Shown here: positions 1 to 13,939 of the stretch, piece by piece
Layout: each line of letters starts with the position of its first letter
How positions within the stretch are numbered: position 1 is the first letter of the stretch
Origin: Saccostrea echinata
Lineage: Eukaryota
NCBI RefSeq assembly: GCF_033153115.1
Contig: NW_026889762.1
Location: forward strand, 3,286,001-3,350,000
Length of the DNA stretch: 64,000 nucleotides
Direction of reading: 5' to 3'
Program-made: the position numbers and the translations under genes
The notes under the pieces: model-generated
Told to the model about the DNA's origin: nothing
Seen by the model: only the letters and a program-made list of their open reading frames with translations
Databases searched by the model: none

Positions 1-109
1 AGTTTTGTAACGTCTATAAACCCTGCAAATTTGAGCAAAATCCGTTGAGAAATGAGCGAGATATGAGGTCTCAAAGTTGGCGTCTAGGAAAAAAAAAAAA
101 AGAATAAGA
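1..109 (-). mobile_element. Fragment of a HINE/Helentron-type repeat, same family as 6840-7639
   Basis: 1-109 closely matches ~7421-7529 (gttttgtaa...aaatttga.caaaatc...aaagttggcgtctagga-polyA-gaataa). Confidence 0.6.
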
Positions 110-450
110 ACTAGAGCAGAGCTCGTTGCAAAGCAACGAGTAGGTCTTCCGTTGGAGCTGCGAACAGGAAGAAGTGACCTTGAGTCAAGGTCATGCCACA
201 TTCTAAGGTTATAAGCAATCTTGTAAGGGGTATCAACTTGCAATGTCTCACCAGTAGAAAGACAGTTAAGGAATGTTGTTTCTCCGTTGATGACCTTGAA
301 CTCGTTCAAATGACCTTGCATCAAACCATGACACACTCTGGTTATAAGCAAACCCCATCTTTGTGTTACCGACTCGACAAGTTAACACATGTTCTTTCAG
401 ACCATTCATCCAGTCAAAACATTCTTTCCTTAGTGACCCTAAATTTAATC
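110..450 (-). mobile_element. 3' end of a HINE/Helentron-type non-autonomous element
   Basis: Terminal hairpin ctcgttgcaaagcaacgag next to sub-terminal motif aggtcttccgttgg (same motif as the 7552 hairpin), followed by tgaccttga motifs. Right boundary approximate. Confidence 0.5.
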
Positions 451-810
451 AACATGGCCGTAGGAACCGAGGGAGGGGGGGGGCGTGCCCCCAATAATTT
501 TGCCGATATATAGATTACTATAGTAGACATAGATACTATAGCTTGTGCCACCTCGATAGAAACGTCTGATAACCTTCATTTTTGTGCGTGTCAAGGAATT
601 TTTAGTAGTTGGTGACCTTTTTTTTGCTTGTCAGGAAATTTATGGTAGTAGTGCCCCCTCAACTGTCAACTGAAAATGTATGGCTGTGCCCCCCCCCCCC
701 CAAAAACCTCTGAATTTGCTTCCTATGGGCCTGATCAAGGCAATGATACACTCTGTATGATATCAGCGATACCCTTTTGTGTGTTTCGCAGTTGACAAGT
801 TCACAGTTTG

Positions 811-1667
811 CATTTATTGCATGATAGTGAGGGAGACATGAAGATTTCTTCGCCCATAAAAAATCATATTCCCCGAGGGCAACTTGAAGATTTCTTCGCC
901 CATGAAAAATCATACTCCCCGAAGGCAACGCCCGAGAGAAATATGATTTTTCATTTGCGAAGAAATCTTTATGTCTCCCTCACTATTATGCAATAAATTG
1001 TTTATAATACCGAATTAACCAAAATGCAGGAATTACAAAGGAGATCCAATGAATAAAGCAAACATGCATTTGATGAGAACGATATGAAAGAGATGTAAGT
1101 TACAGGTACACCAATAGCCTCGTTTCATTAAAAAAAAAATCCTACGTGACAAGTTTGTGTGATCACACCAGTAACATTCAAACACCATTACATTTTTACA
1201 CATTTAAATCGACACAATCAATCAACGATAATATGCTGACGGTGCGACCGTTGGGCGAGTGCATTGTTCACTTAATTTTAAGATCCACCTCTTCAAACAG
1301 CACGAGACATTTGGAACGTCTAGACTGTGACGTCTCATGACGTATGTTAGCTGTATTTCCATAAACGAATTTTGAAAAGTGCAAACATTTTAATAAAGAA
1401 CGTTTAATCTAATATCTGTATGCAATTCCATTAATTAAGGTGATTTTTTGGGGTGAATTTTTAGTTGTTGTTACCGCGCGAACGAAGTTAGCAGCGTCGC
1501 TATAAACAATCTAACTCCTCACTCGTTTAATTGTGACGTCACAATCGTGAAACACGACGTTTTGTTGCAGGGCAAACATGATGGACACGTGACATTCTCG
1601 GCCAATCAAATTCTATTTTACTAGTGATTTTTCACTTGTAAGCTAGTTTTCACAGAGGTATAATAAA
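811..1667. mobile_element. Non-autonomous element with a long terminal palindrome (811-998)
   Basis: Arms atttattgcatgatagtgagggagacat... / ...atgtctccctcactattatgcaataaat. The motif tttataatacc (~1001) is nearly inverted as ggtataataaa (~1657). Confidence 0.5.
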
Positions 1668-1786
1668 CGTTTTTTTAGACCATACATCGAAATAAATTAT
1701 CATAATTTCTATAGTCGTAATTTATTAGGTTCAACTCACTGCTTTAAAGGATCATTGTAAATGTTTTATGCCCAATTTGGATACTG

Positions 1787-2697
1787 AACAACATGTGATT
1801 TTTGAAACACTGATGCCCCCATATGGCATCTTATGGCAAAAGTTAAAAGTTTCTCAAATGCAAGTCAAACTCCATGGTCAAGATCAAAAGATAAAAAAAA
1901 AATGTTATTACCCAAATAAAGGTCTTGAACAAAGAATATACTGTGAAATATATACTTGTATGAAAGCCACAGCAGCAACAGTTTAAAAGTTATGGCCAAG
2001 GTTAATTTCTTTAAAAGGTCAAACTCCAAGGTCAAGGGAACATAATTGTTTGTACTTGAGGGAAGGTCTTAATTGTTACAAGGAATACACATGTGGTATT
2101 AAAAAAGCCTTAGCACCAACTGTTCAAAAGTTAAAACCAAGGTTAAAGTTTTTCAAAAGTAGGACATAATCAAAGGTCAAGGTAAAATGGTCAAAATTAG
2201 AGGTATACAATGACAGGCCTTGTCACAAGAAAATTACCTATGTAATATAAAAGCCCTAGTACTAGTCATTCAAAAGTTATTGTCAAGGCTAAAGTTGTTT
2301 AAAAGTTGGTCAAACTCCAAGGTCAAGGTCAAATGGTCAAACATATTTATACCCAAGGAGGAGACTTATCACAAGGGATACAGATGTGAAGTATAAAAGC
2401 CATAGCACCAACTGTTCAAAAGTTTTGGCCAAGGTTATAGTTTGGTAAAATTTTGCGAAAGAGGATCAAACTCCAAGTTCAAGGTCAAGAGGTCAAATAT
2501 GTTGGTACCTGAAGGAAGTCCTTGTTACTAGGAATACACATAAGAAATATGAAAGCAGTAGTTCCAACCAATCAAATTTTATGGGCATAGTTAAAGTTTT
2601 TGCGGACAAAGAGGCTAACACAGTCTAACAGACAAATAGACAGGTGGACAGGACAAAAACTGTATGCCCCCCGGATCTTTGATTACAGTAGCATAAT
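1787..2697 (-). mobile_element. Pearl/HINE-like element with ~150-bp internal core repeats
   Basis: About 5 degenerate units containing ggtcaaactccaaggtcaagg, a degenerate (GACA)n tract near 2620-2655, and atgccccc sub-terminal motifs at both ends. Confidence 0.65.
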
Positions 2698-5600
2698 AAA
2701 ATGTCGGCGTCTTTAGGTTTTCGCATTGGCCTTAAATCTGAAAATCCAACGGATTACAAGGTGCATTACGATACGCTTTCACATCATGTTCTATAACCCA
2801 GAGCATATTGTCTGCAAAGATAAATATTTAATTCAGTATTTAATTAGCTATGCATAATTATCTATGTTGTTTTAAAAAGGAAATATAAAAAAAAATATTT
2901 GTTTTATATTTTTCGATGTAGAGATATACAGAAAATGTTTTCCAATTTTAAGTCCTATCGCAATACACATTTAAAAAAAAAGTGTGTGTTGGAGGGGGGG
3001 GGTCATTACATTTTTGCTGGGATTCGCCTATGTATGATCGTAGAGAAACAAAGAGTGGGGAGGGTGCAAGCAGCAACTAAATCAAAATTTACATATTAAA
3101 ACTACAACAAAAGACTATTTTCAGAAGGTCTGCCCCCCCCCCCCCCGTACAATCCGTACAACGGACCTGTGAGAAAAATACTGATCCTACATTCAGAGTC
3201 CCAGGGCACCAGGAAAGAGTGGCAAAAAGAGAATATCGGTTTATTTCAGTCTATAAGTCGAATCAAAATATCTTTTCCTCAAGAGTCTTCTTTCTTTGAG
3301 TTCTTCCCAGTGATCGTGTGATTTATTTCATTTAATTTACGTTCTGTACTGGACTTGGAAAATGAGGACATCTTTAGGTTCCTGAGCTGGCCTTGAAGCC
3401 CGCAGAACAGATTTTCTGCTTTATGATAAATTCAAGTGATATGTAATACGGTATTAATTTTGTGTTGATTTTATTAATGTTAATTTCATCAAGAAATATG
3501 AAAAATTAATGTTTTAACTATACATAGTGAGGCATTTTTTGTGTGGAACGATTATTTTGGGGTTTTCACGATTTTTTCATATGGTACACATGATGAGTAA
3601 GTGCAATAAATATAATTTGTGGGGTCTGTCCACAAGTACCTGTTGTCAAGCCCGTAGAAAACAATTACAGTTTTTTTGGGAAGGGGGGGGGGGCAAATAG
3701 AAATTTCCACAGGTACTTGTACTCGATTTTTTCCTATGGTACACATGATGAATAAGTGTAATAAATATAATTTGTGGAAAAAAATGTCCAACAAACATTG
3801 GGGTTGAATTGGGGGGGGGGGGGGGATCCTGTCCACAAGTACCTGTGGAAATTTCTTGATACATAAACAGAATTTAAAAGCATGTATTAGACATCTTTTG
3901 AAGGGGAGAGGGCACGGCCGTAATTAAAAGTTATATAGAGACTAGGAAGGAATGAACTGTCATTAAATTTTGGTTAAGAACTATTACCTAAACTCTTCAC
4001 TTTCACATTTTCAATTACAGATTCTTGTTTTTAAAAAGCTATACATGTACATTTATATGTATCTATTAGATGCATAAATTATGTTATTAATCATTTTATC
4101 TTAAAGGAAAAGTAAAAATCTCAATCAAACTTGTTCCGCATATTATGCTCACTGATTCATTACTCAACAGATGCTTCATATACATGTAAGAAGGGAAGAC
4201 TGCAGACTGCAGGTGTGATAAATTCACAGCATGCAGCTCCAGCCTTAATTCCAACTTTGTTCCAAAATATTATTATTCAACGCGAAAAATTAGAATTAGC
4301 CGATAGAATATTTTGAATCACTTCGGAAATGCTGCCGTAACACCAGACTGAGTTCACAATATCGAGTGATTTTGATTGACAGGTGTAGCGCCGTTGTGCA
4401 TGGATTTCGTGTAACTATACATGTACTGCAGATTGTGGTTGAAAATAATAAACAAACAGATCTAAAGAAAAGATATTGTATACTATACATATATTTGTTA
4501 AGAACCAGTTCATTCATGAAACGAATTTAGTCGTATTATGTGGGCCCATGTTAGATTTGACAGGTTGATTTACTAGTAGAAATTCAATGGACCACCGTCA
4601 TTTAGGGTATTCCGAATCACCCCGCACATCGCGACTCTCGGTAATTTACCTTACCGCTGTACCTCGCACGACACATGCACAGGTGTGACAACCAAACAGT
4701 CATTATTAGTAAGGTCTATACTTATTGCATACAACAAATAAAGAGGTAAACATAATGCGTTAACTAAAAGAATTAATTATTTTAATTCATTAACTTCCTA
4801 TCCTTTTCGAAGAAAATGCCCGTGTAGAAACGTATTTCTCATCGATGTCGTGGCGTTGTTGGTGGATGAAACATGGCATATAAGGTATCGATAGAACGGC
4901 AATTTTATAAGCTTTTGTGAGTATTATTTGTTTTTTATAACACCTCAAAAATATACTAGTTATGGCCGCATTTGTAGCCCCCTACAGTTTCGAACCACGT
5001 GTGTACATGCCCCTAGCCAAATAAATTGCACACGCTACATGTATACTTGTTATATGTCAGATTATTATTTTTTTTATAACATTGTTTTTCTTAAATGCAA
5101 GGGGTATGAAAGTAATGATTTGACAAAGCAAGAGCTATAATAAGACTATCCCGGGTCCCGGTATACACTTGATCAGTGTTGATCAATGTTCATATGTACG
5201 AGTACACGTATGCAAATAATTCGATAGCTTTTGAAGATTTCAACATAAATTTTTGTAACACGCATATTTGTAATAACCACTTTATATACAAAACAAAATT
5301 TCATTCTCTTATATGGTAATATGGACGTCGTAATAGATCTGACTGAATGCTTGACATGCCTATTTCAAAAACGTTTCCTAAGTTATCTTAAGATATGCCT
5401 AAGTTATAACTTTAGAAGTTCCTAAGTTTTATCACAGCTGTATCACGAAACAATCTTATCTAAAAAAAAATTTATAAGTCATTTCTTAAGTTGTGCCTTT
5501 AAGGACTAATAAAATAACATTCCCGCTCTATATACAACTCTCAGTATGGTATATATTTTTAGATTCAAAAAGAAAGGGTGCGAGGATTAGGGATTGCCCC

Positions 5601-6839
5601 CACTTTTAAAGGATTTGGACACAAGTATGCTTAACTTTGCGAAGTGTTTTGCTAGATCTAAGCATTCACAGACACACCCTTTCAAGCCATCTTCCCTTCC
5701 GAGCACACGATATTTGTATTTTAATTTTTAAACATTGTTCTAGGCGTTATACATTTACTTTATTTTGTTCTTATAAGGTATCTACATGTAAATAAAATTT
5801 TAAAATGAATGCTTCGTAGCGAACACATGCGAGTTTATATTTTTCAAACAATCTTTGCCAATTACTACACTGCATGTACATGCTAGTTGTTTGTGCGGTG
5901 TAGAGCAACAATGTATTTCAACATCGAGGTGCCCGCGGCTCTCTGTGGCCACGTGTATGTAAACGAGGACTGGACTACAACACTTAAAGACACAAAGCGG
6001 CAGAGACGGATGAAACTGTTTGCTATATTACAAAGACTTGAATTAAAGTACATGTATATTTGAAGGAATTTTTATTTATGTTAATGTTTATTTAATTCTA
6101 TAAATAATAAATGGACATTCACAAGAGTGGTGGTAAAAATAATATGTGCGTAGCATGCGTAGTAATTACAATTATTTACCGAAGCCCCCATTCAATTACA
6201 ATTGCAGATGAATTAAAATACAACAACACGGGATAGAGCAATACTTTTTTTAAATGTATTGTTGCGTGAACAGACAAAAACAGCGATTAAAATTCAAAAT
6301 GATTTTTATGCACCAGTGTTTGGAATTAAGATTATAAAAGATCGGTAAAGTAATCTTACTGATTCGATATAATTAAAAACATAACTTTCCATTAATTAAT
6401 AGCTCTTTGTACAAAATTGACATTATACGCGATCACAAATACTAGCTTTGTTTATGGTCACAGGTGGCTAGTACACTGGTGACCTCGATCAACAGCGTGG
6501 GATTCGCGCGTTGGGTTACATAACTAAACATCGAGCTGAACATGGAGACCGTAATATGCATACAGCTAATGATCGTGAATTATTCAATGCATACAGTTTA
6601 AAATCACTTACAAAGTTTGTTGTAATAATAAACGTAGAAAGATAGATTTAATATTCTCCGCTTTTGAACACTATTAACCTAATTTAAAAAAGAAGAAAAG
6701 AAAGACTAGTTGTAATAAATAATTTAATAGTGAACCATAAACCACGTTTTAAACCTTATTAAAAAGAAAATTAACATTAAATACCGCAGGGTATATTATT
6801 GATAGCAAGTCTGTTTAAGTTATACACATGAAGAGGTCT

Positions 6840-7551
6840 AATTTCCTTGCCGAATGAAAAACGTTACCTGTTTACCTGGCCTGCTTTCTAATACGTATTA
6901 CGCAATACCCATGGTATACTCGAACAAAACAACATTTTCATTAGATCAAAAAGGTGTAAAAGAACAATTTTGTTCCCAAGATCCAGATCGAAATATTTAC
7001 CGTTTTTGAGTTATAAAGCAAAAACTTTTAAGGGCCCAAGATCCCTAATCATAGGGGCCAGCCCCTTTTAAATAGTATAATATGAAAGCCCTTGCAATTA
7101 TGCGCAACTTTTGTTCTACATGTCTAAACAAAATATTTCTAGTTTTCAAGATATAAAGGAAAATATGTCAAATTTTTTGCTGTTTTCCGCGTTCTAACTT
7201 TTGACCCCTCTCTAGCGCCATTTTTAATGCAAAAATCAAAAAACAAAAACCGATGTGCACAACTTCAATGCTTCCTCTTTTCAATTTCAAAGGGTTTTGT
7301 GCTCCAATTATAACCATTTCTGAGCCTTTGTCTGGAAATGGGAGGCATGCAAAATTCAATCAAAGGGGAATAACTCGTGAACAGAAGGTAATTTCCGAAT
7401 TGTATTACGGTATTCTGACAGTGTTTTGTAAAGTCTAAAAGCTCTGAAAATTTGAACAAAATCTGTTTAAAAATGAGGAAGATATGAAGCGTCAAAGTTG
7501 GCGTCTAGGAAAAAAAAAAAAAAGAATAATCTTAATCATCACAATCAGTAG

Positions 7552-7585
<34 letters not shown>

Positions 7586-7639
7586 TCTTAACCATCAGAA
7601 TCAGTAGAAGGTCTTCCGCCTGGAGCGGAAGACCTTAAT
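6840..7639 (-). mobile_element. HINE/Helentron-type element with a duplicated terminal hairpin
   Basis: Two 56-bp tandem units, each with the hairpin aaggtcttccg...cggaagacctt (7552-7580, 7608-7636). Shares sequence with 1-109. Left boundary approximate. Confidence 0.55.
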
Positions 7640-7681
7640 CATAATACATCGTTAGTATTCGCTACTCGGAAATCGGAATAA

Positions 7682-9150
7682 GGACATACGTAACGTAGTT
7701 TGAACTTTATTGTCTTTTTCCCTGGAGTTGAAGAGTTCCAATACTTAAAAGAACTGTGTGCTACATTTTAATGTCTATATATGCTATATATTGTACACTT
7801 CTTCGAAAACAAGTTTGGATGAACAAAATATCTAGAATATATGTTTAGTAATTTTTGTATATTTTTCTTTGAATTATACAAGAATTTCCATCAATTGATA
7901 TCTTTTCAAAACCCCTGGTAACGCATGCTGATTCTTTGTCTACAAACATCTGATGGCACTATAATCTTAAGGTAGTATGGGATACCTCCACGTTATGACG
8001 TATTTCCGTTTGAAGTATTGTTTTGATTTGCACGAGTGCTTATTATCGGGTCAAAATTTGTAGATACACCGTTGAAAAGAACAATCTGAAGCCTATTTCA
8101 ATGCAAGTTCTCACAAGTCGGCATTTTAAGTAAAAACAGACAAAAAAATCGCAAGTAAATAAATTTACTTATAATTGTACAACGGACATTTAAAAAAGCA
8201 AACCCCTGTAAAAGGTAGTTTCAACATTGCTGCTTTTGAACACTTTTAAGCAAAAGCTGTATTTCAATTGTTTGAGTAGCTGTACAGCACCTTGTGTGCG
8301 GTGAGGCATGGATAAGTGCGATTACTTCACATTGTGCTGAATTATCACCAATCAATTATCACGTTAACCAGAGCTGGACTTTTTTGTTATTTAATTCAAG
8401 AAGTAACTGTTTGGTCACAAATCAGCTAGCTATTGTATATAGTCCCAAAACGTTCAGATGAATGCAATTGCTCTGAACAAGACACCTCCTGGAAAGCGAT
8501 TGTCCATGCATTGTTTTCAAAACCGCTCAAAGTTGAAAACTACAAAGTGCGATTTTTTTATGGTTGGGAAAAAATGCTCATCATTTCTAGAATAGCACCC
8601 AGGTTTTTTCAACCATTGGAAAATAAAGAAGGATAACTCTTCCGCTCGGATCTTTTAATTCAAAAAATTTTAAATGCATTTTATATTTTCCATTTATATA
8701 TATATTTTCAATTTCTTTATTTCACTTTGCTAACATATTAAGATACATTCTTATTGTAGACTTTCATGAAATGTTATCCGTCTGTTTTCAAGAAATAAAG
8801 TTTTCCCAGTTTTTTACGCTTATTTTTTGTTGAAAATTAAAAAAATACTAAGACATATTTCTTGTCATTTTTGTTTTTATAAACACTTTATATTAGCAAA
8901 CGCCTGCCTATAATATTAAGCTTATGAAAAAAGAATTATGCAAGAAAAAAAATCGTTTTTGTATTTCTCATTAAAATAATAAAAATATTATTAAAATTAC
9001 ACTTTAATATACTGAAAGGTGGGGGTATTTCAAATCCTTCTAATTTGGGTACATAAATATGTAGGAGAAGTTTCGTTTGGTATCCCATACCACCTTAAAT
9101 TAAGAATATCTCGAAAAATTATCAGTAGGTAAGGTACGTTGCGTATGTCC
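7682..9150. mobile_element. Outer non-autonomous TIR element (Kolobok-like)
   Basis: TIR ggacatacgtaacgta / tacgttgcgtatgtcc, flanked by ataa / ttaa. Confidence 0.6.
7971..9094. mobile_element. Nested non-autonomous Kolobok-like DNA transposon
   Basis: TIR ggtagtatgggatacc / ggtatcccataccacc, TTAA target duplication on both sides, GG...CC termini. Confidence 0.8.
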
Positions 9151-9569
9151 TTAAATATGTTAGACGGTATTGGGTTTTAGATAGTTTTGTTTAATAAAAT
9201 GTTTCTGGTATTATTTAAAACAGAAAATTGTTTTCTTTAATTTGGTAAATATGAAATAAAAAAAAAACTTGCTTGTATTTATCTTTAATTTTGATAGACA
9301 TTGGTAATGACTTCCGTGTAAACGTTTACTCAGTTTGTAAACGTTTACTCAATTTGTAAACGTTTTGAGCATTTAATCGAAACCTCGCCGTTTACACGTT
9401 TAAGCGTTTCGCCCTTAACTGAAATTTTTTTTTTTTTTTTTGGGGGGGGGGGGGGGCTGATAAATACAGTTGAATAAGTAAATAAATGCTAATTTTAACT
9501 AATTTACAAAATATTGAACTCTAAAGCCTAGATCTGTTCCTTACTTTGCAAATTCATCTTTTCAAAATT

Positions 9570-11255
9570 TGTGGCTTTGTGTGGGGTCAACCAAAAAGGT
9601 CAAAAGGATCAAAAGAAATGATTTGGAATGCAAAGTTTTACATAGAAATATATAGGAAAAATCTTTAAAAATCTTCTTCTTAAGAACAGCAAAGCCATGA
9701 TAAGTCATATTTATATGGAAGCATCCTCAGGTAGTGTAGATTCAAGTTTGTTCAAATCATGACCTCCGGGGGTAGGGCGGGGCCACAATGAAGGATCAAA
9801 GTTTTACATAGAAATATATAGGAAAAATCTTTAAAAATCTTCTTCTCAAGAACAGCAAAGCCATGAGGCCAAAAAAATAATAGTCTTGTTTCCTGCTACC
9901 CGACCTACCCTATTTTTTTTGCACCCAACCCTAAAGTTTTTTTTTTAAGTTTTGGAAGAAAAAAAATCGAGAATTTCCGGAATTTCATCGTTCTGTCACC
10001 GTAATCAGTTTTCGTGTTAGCACAAAACAAGCATTTCATGAAATTCTTGTTTTAAATATGGGCTTTCATAAAATACCACTTGAGTTTTGCATAAAAAGAC
10101 ATGAAATTCAATTTTAAAAGACAATATTGACCTGTGACATGTTTAATTTTATCTTGTATTAGTTCATATCCAAAAAATGCTGTCAGAAAAAAAATAAAAT
10201 AAAAATATAAAATAAGATAATTTTCCTACCTACCGACCCTATTTTTTTCAGGCTGGTAGCAGGAAACAAAACTATTATTTTTTTTTGGCCTGACGAGTCG
10301 TAATTATATGGAAGCATCCTCAGGTAGTGTAGATTCAATTTTGTTCAAATCATGACCCCCGGGGGTAGGGCGGGCCTCAATGGAGGATCAAAGTATTACA
10401 TAGAAATATATTGGAAAAATCTTTAAAAATCTTCTTCTCAAGAACAGCAAAGCCATGATGAGTCGTAATTATATGGAAGCATCCTCAGGTAGTGTAGATT
10501 TAATTTTGTTCAAATCATGACCTCCGGGGATAGGGCGCGGCCACAATGGAGGATCAAAGTTTTACATAGAAATATATAGGAAAAATCTTTAAAAATCTTC
10601 TTCTCAAGAACAGCAAAGCCATAATGAGTTATTTTTATATGGAAGCATCCTCAGGTAGTGTAGATTCAAGTTTGTTCAAATCATGATCCCCGGGGGTAGG
10701 GCGGGCCACAATGGAGGATCAAAGTTTTACATAGAAATATATAGAAAAAAATCTTTAAAATTCTTCTCAAGAACAGCAAAGCCATAATAAGTCATTTTTA
10801 TATGGAAGCATCCTCAGGTAGTGTAGATTCAAGTTTGTTCAAATCATGACCCCAGGGCGTAGGGTGGGGCCACAATGGGGGATCAAAAGTTTTACATAAG
10901 AACATATAGAAAAAATATTTCTTCTCAAGAACGGAAAAGCTATGTTTAGTCATATTGATATGGAAGCATCCTCAGGTAGTGAAGATTCAATTTTGTTCAA
11001 ATGATGACCCCTGGGATAGGGAGGAGCCACAATGGGGGATCAAATTTTTACAAAGGAATATATGGGAAATTTTTTTTAAAAAATCTTCCCAAGTACTATA
11101 AAACCATTTGTTATAATGACATGGAAGCAACATCAGGTAGTTTAAAATTCAAGCCCCCCCCCCCCTCCCCCAGTAATCATTTCAATACTGAACTGATTTG
11201 TGCTTTTGCCTAGCCAATGTGCTCAGGTGAGCGATGTGGCCCATGGGCCTGTTAA
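9570..11255 (+). repeat. Array of ~166-bp satellite (Cg170/HindIII-like) carried by a Helentron/HINE element
   Basis: Seven units marked by gaagcatcctcaggtagtgtagattcaa at about 9718, 10311, 10476, 10642, 10806, 10963, 11124. Ends in ctcaggtgagcgatgtggcccatgggcc (sub-terminal motif plus hairpin). Family name is from recall, not a search. Confidence 0.8.
9867..10290. mobile_element. 424-bp MITE (PIF/Harbinger-like) inserted in a satellite monomer
   Basis: ~35-bp TIR ggccaaaaaaataatagt..tgtttcctgctacc and 3-bp TSD TGA. Removing it restores the ~166-bp period. Confidence 0.85.
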
Positions 11256-13619
11256 AAATTGGTTGCTCAAAGCACTCTCTACCATCGGCTCGTACATTCA
11301 CCTCTGTCGTTGGCTCGCGTATATCACAATGATAAGCCCGAGAAATAGTGCATTTCTTTCAATTCTTGACGTGAGCCCATTGCTGAGGTGTCTGAGAGAA
11401 GAACGAACGACAACTCTGCAAAGGAGATTGTGCTCAAAGAGGAAAATTCACTAGGCCTACACGATAGCGACCAAGGGGAATAACTCCGAGGAAAAATACA
11501 TCATAGGAAAACCATCTGTATTGAAAAGGACGTACTGTCATTAATTTTTTTTCCAATGTACATATAAGTAGTCCCATATTCTTGGGAAATCAAAATACAA
11601 GAGGCAAAAACTTTTTTCCTGTAAAACATGTTAAAAGACAAAAGTTGCAAAAAGGGTTCGCTACATGGGCCTATAAGATGGGAATATTCATAAAAATGGC
11701 GGCCAAGGCCAAGGGACAAAACTTTTGAAAAACGTGGCTTCAACTTTCCTTGAATTAGTACCTAGTAAGGAAGACTTGAGAACGATTAAAACGAGCCCCC
11801 CCCCCTTTTTTTTTCAATCACCTGTTAAAAACATTCTTACCTTCTATTGGACAGTGGACGAATGTTGTAAAAAGGTATGTGCGCCTTTGACCTATGATAC
11901 TTGGCGTCCATCCACGTGACCGTTCTGAAGCTTCATCTTATCACGTGACTTCACAAATGGGTACAATAACAAAGACATTTTAAACAGATATATGTGTCTA
12001 CAGAGTACAATTAAAGATGACGCATATTAATTGTTGTGGGTATTTCATTAGGAAGTGTTAATTTATCATGCAGAGATACCCCTGTTGTATTGTTCCATCG
12101 ATAACACCGCTCCGGAGATAAACAGCGGGGATTGTGGGAGGGGGGGGGGGGGTCTTTGATACTGCACGGTGCTACATCTGCAGTTTTTATTTTCTCTCAG
12201 TCTGCATGACGTGAACGTCCTACTCTTATAAAATAACAAATGTAGAATTTTTTATGGGTTATAATTCAAATAAATTTATTATTATTATTTCTATCATATC
12301 CATCAGCAGCTGATTAGTCCTTAATATTATTTTGTAATTTTAATTTTAATTATTATAACTTCTCTGAACAAATTATACGTATAGAGGAGTTTTAAAAATA
12401 CATGTACAATATTTATTATTTTTGTAACTAATATACAGTATATGTTTTTAGTATACAATCATAGACTAAATATGTTAGGTCATACGACCTATGTAATTTA
12501 TGAATACAATATATTAACGTAAATCCTGACTTTAGCTTTAAATTGATAATGTGTTTGATGCACTTGAAATATTTCTACTGATTTAAGTATTGTACGTGGA
12601 TAGGGAAGGGCTTGAAAAAAGATTAAAAAAAAAAAAAGAAATTGTATTTTAAATATAGTAGACTAAAATAATTAAAAATAAATAAATAAATAAGGTATGA
12701 ATACATATAAAGCAATATTATGAATCATATATGTTCATTTTTTTTTAAAATTAAAGATATATATTTTTTTTAAAAAAATGATTTTTTTTAAAGCAATCCG
12801 TGCAATACGTTCTGTGCGAAAGGGAGCGAGGCTTTCCGTACTGCGTCTGGTGTTACTGTTCTGAACGCTAACCCCAATAGTATATGGTATAATGGTAATT
12901 AATACCATAGACAGCGTTGAGAGCTGTAATCCAATCCCGTTAACTTTTTTGTCGAGATGTAACTCTGTTTGTATTTTGTCAAATGTCAGTATGACCGTGC
13001 AAAATAACGGACTCACGAACGGAAACAACAAATACGAACCGATACGTTTTTTTAACTACCCAAAATATCATAGTTCAAGTTCAATGTTTAAGACTCGACG
13101 TGTAGAGTATAAAAATGAAATCCAAGAACTAAACGGTACACTGCGTTCGAGATAAGAGTCTGAGATCAACAAATTACAACTGTAGAAATAAAGATACACG
13201 ATTTCAAACTGAGAAATTGTGAATTTACATGTCTGGATTTTTGAACAAGATTACCCTCCATAAGACTCTACCTGGCGAGTAGAATGGGTAGAAATTGCTG
13301 AGTTATTTTGAAGTCCCTGTTAATTTATTCAAAACGTGTCAGACATTAAGGCACATAGATTCTTGGGTGAGGGGTGGAGTGGGGGTGGGGGTGGGGTTGC
13401 AGGAGGCCTTTTGAGAATGTAAAGTTTTAATTTAAATTTTAAGGAAATTTAATTTCAATGAAAGCCCCCTCCCCTGTTTATGGACCTTTACATCCCATTA
13501 AATAAAATTTTGAGCTGGGAGAATTCTTCTCCTTTTTTGGAAGGGGGGGGGGTAGTCAAAGTTGGCTTGGATTGCTTAATGAGTGTATTTCATTTAATCA
13601 TTAGATCATGTAATAAAAC

Positions 13620-13759
13620 AGTTATTGCTATTTATTATGTCAATAAAATGATTTAACGACCTTCTAAGTACAATATTCACCGAGTCCGAAGGGCTCGGTG
13701 AATATTGTACTCCTCAGATGTCTAAATCATCGTATTGACCTAAAAAACCAGCAATAATT
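13620..13759. repeat. ~140-bp imperfect palindrome (TE-derived hairpin)
   Basis: Core gtacaatattcaccgagtcc-gaa-gggctcggtgaatattgtac with degenerate outer arms. Confidence 0.75.
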
Positions 13760-13939
13760 ATGTAATATTTTACAACGATGAACTTAGTTTCTTACACACC
13801 CGGCCCCAAGGACCTATCTACAGTATATATGTCTCTGTCTATAGACTGTTAATAGTTACACAATATAAATAGGCACATAAATGAAGAAAAAGTGATATTA
13901 AAATGTCCTTTTTTATGAGGTTCTTGCGGATTATATAAA

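Noticed and set aside
11200-13155. Several 64-98 aa ORFs
   Set aside because: No motifs, and alternative frames are interrupted; there may be decayed coding sequence but it cannot be supported.
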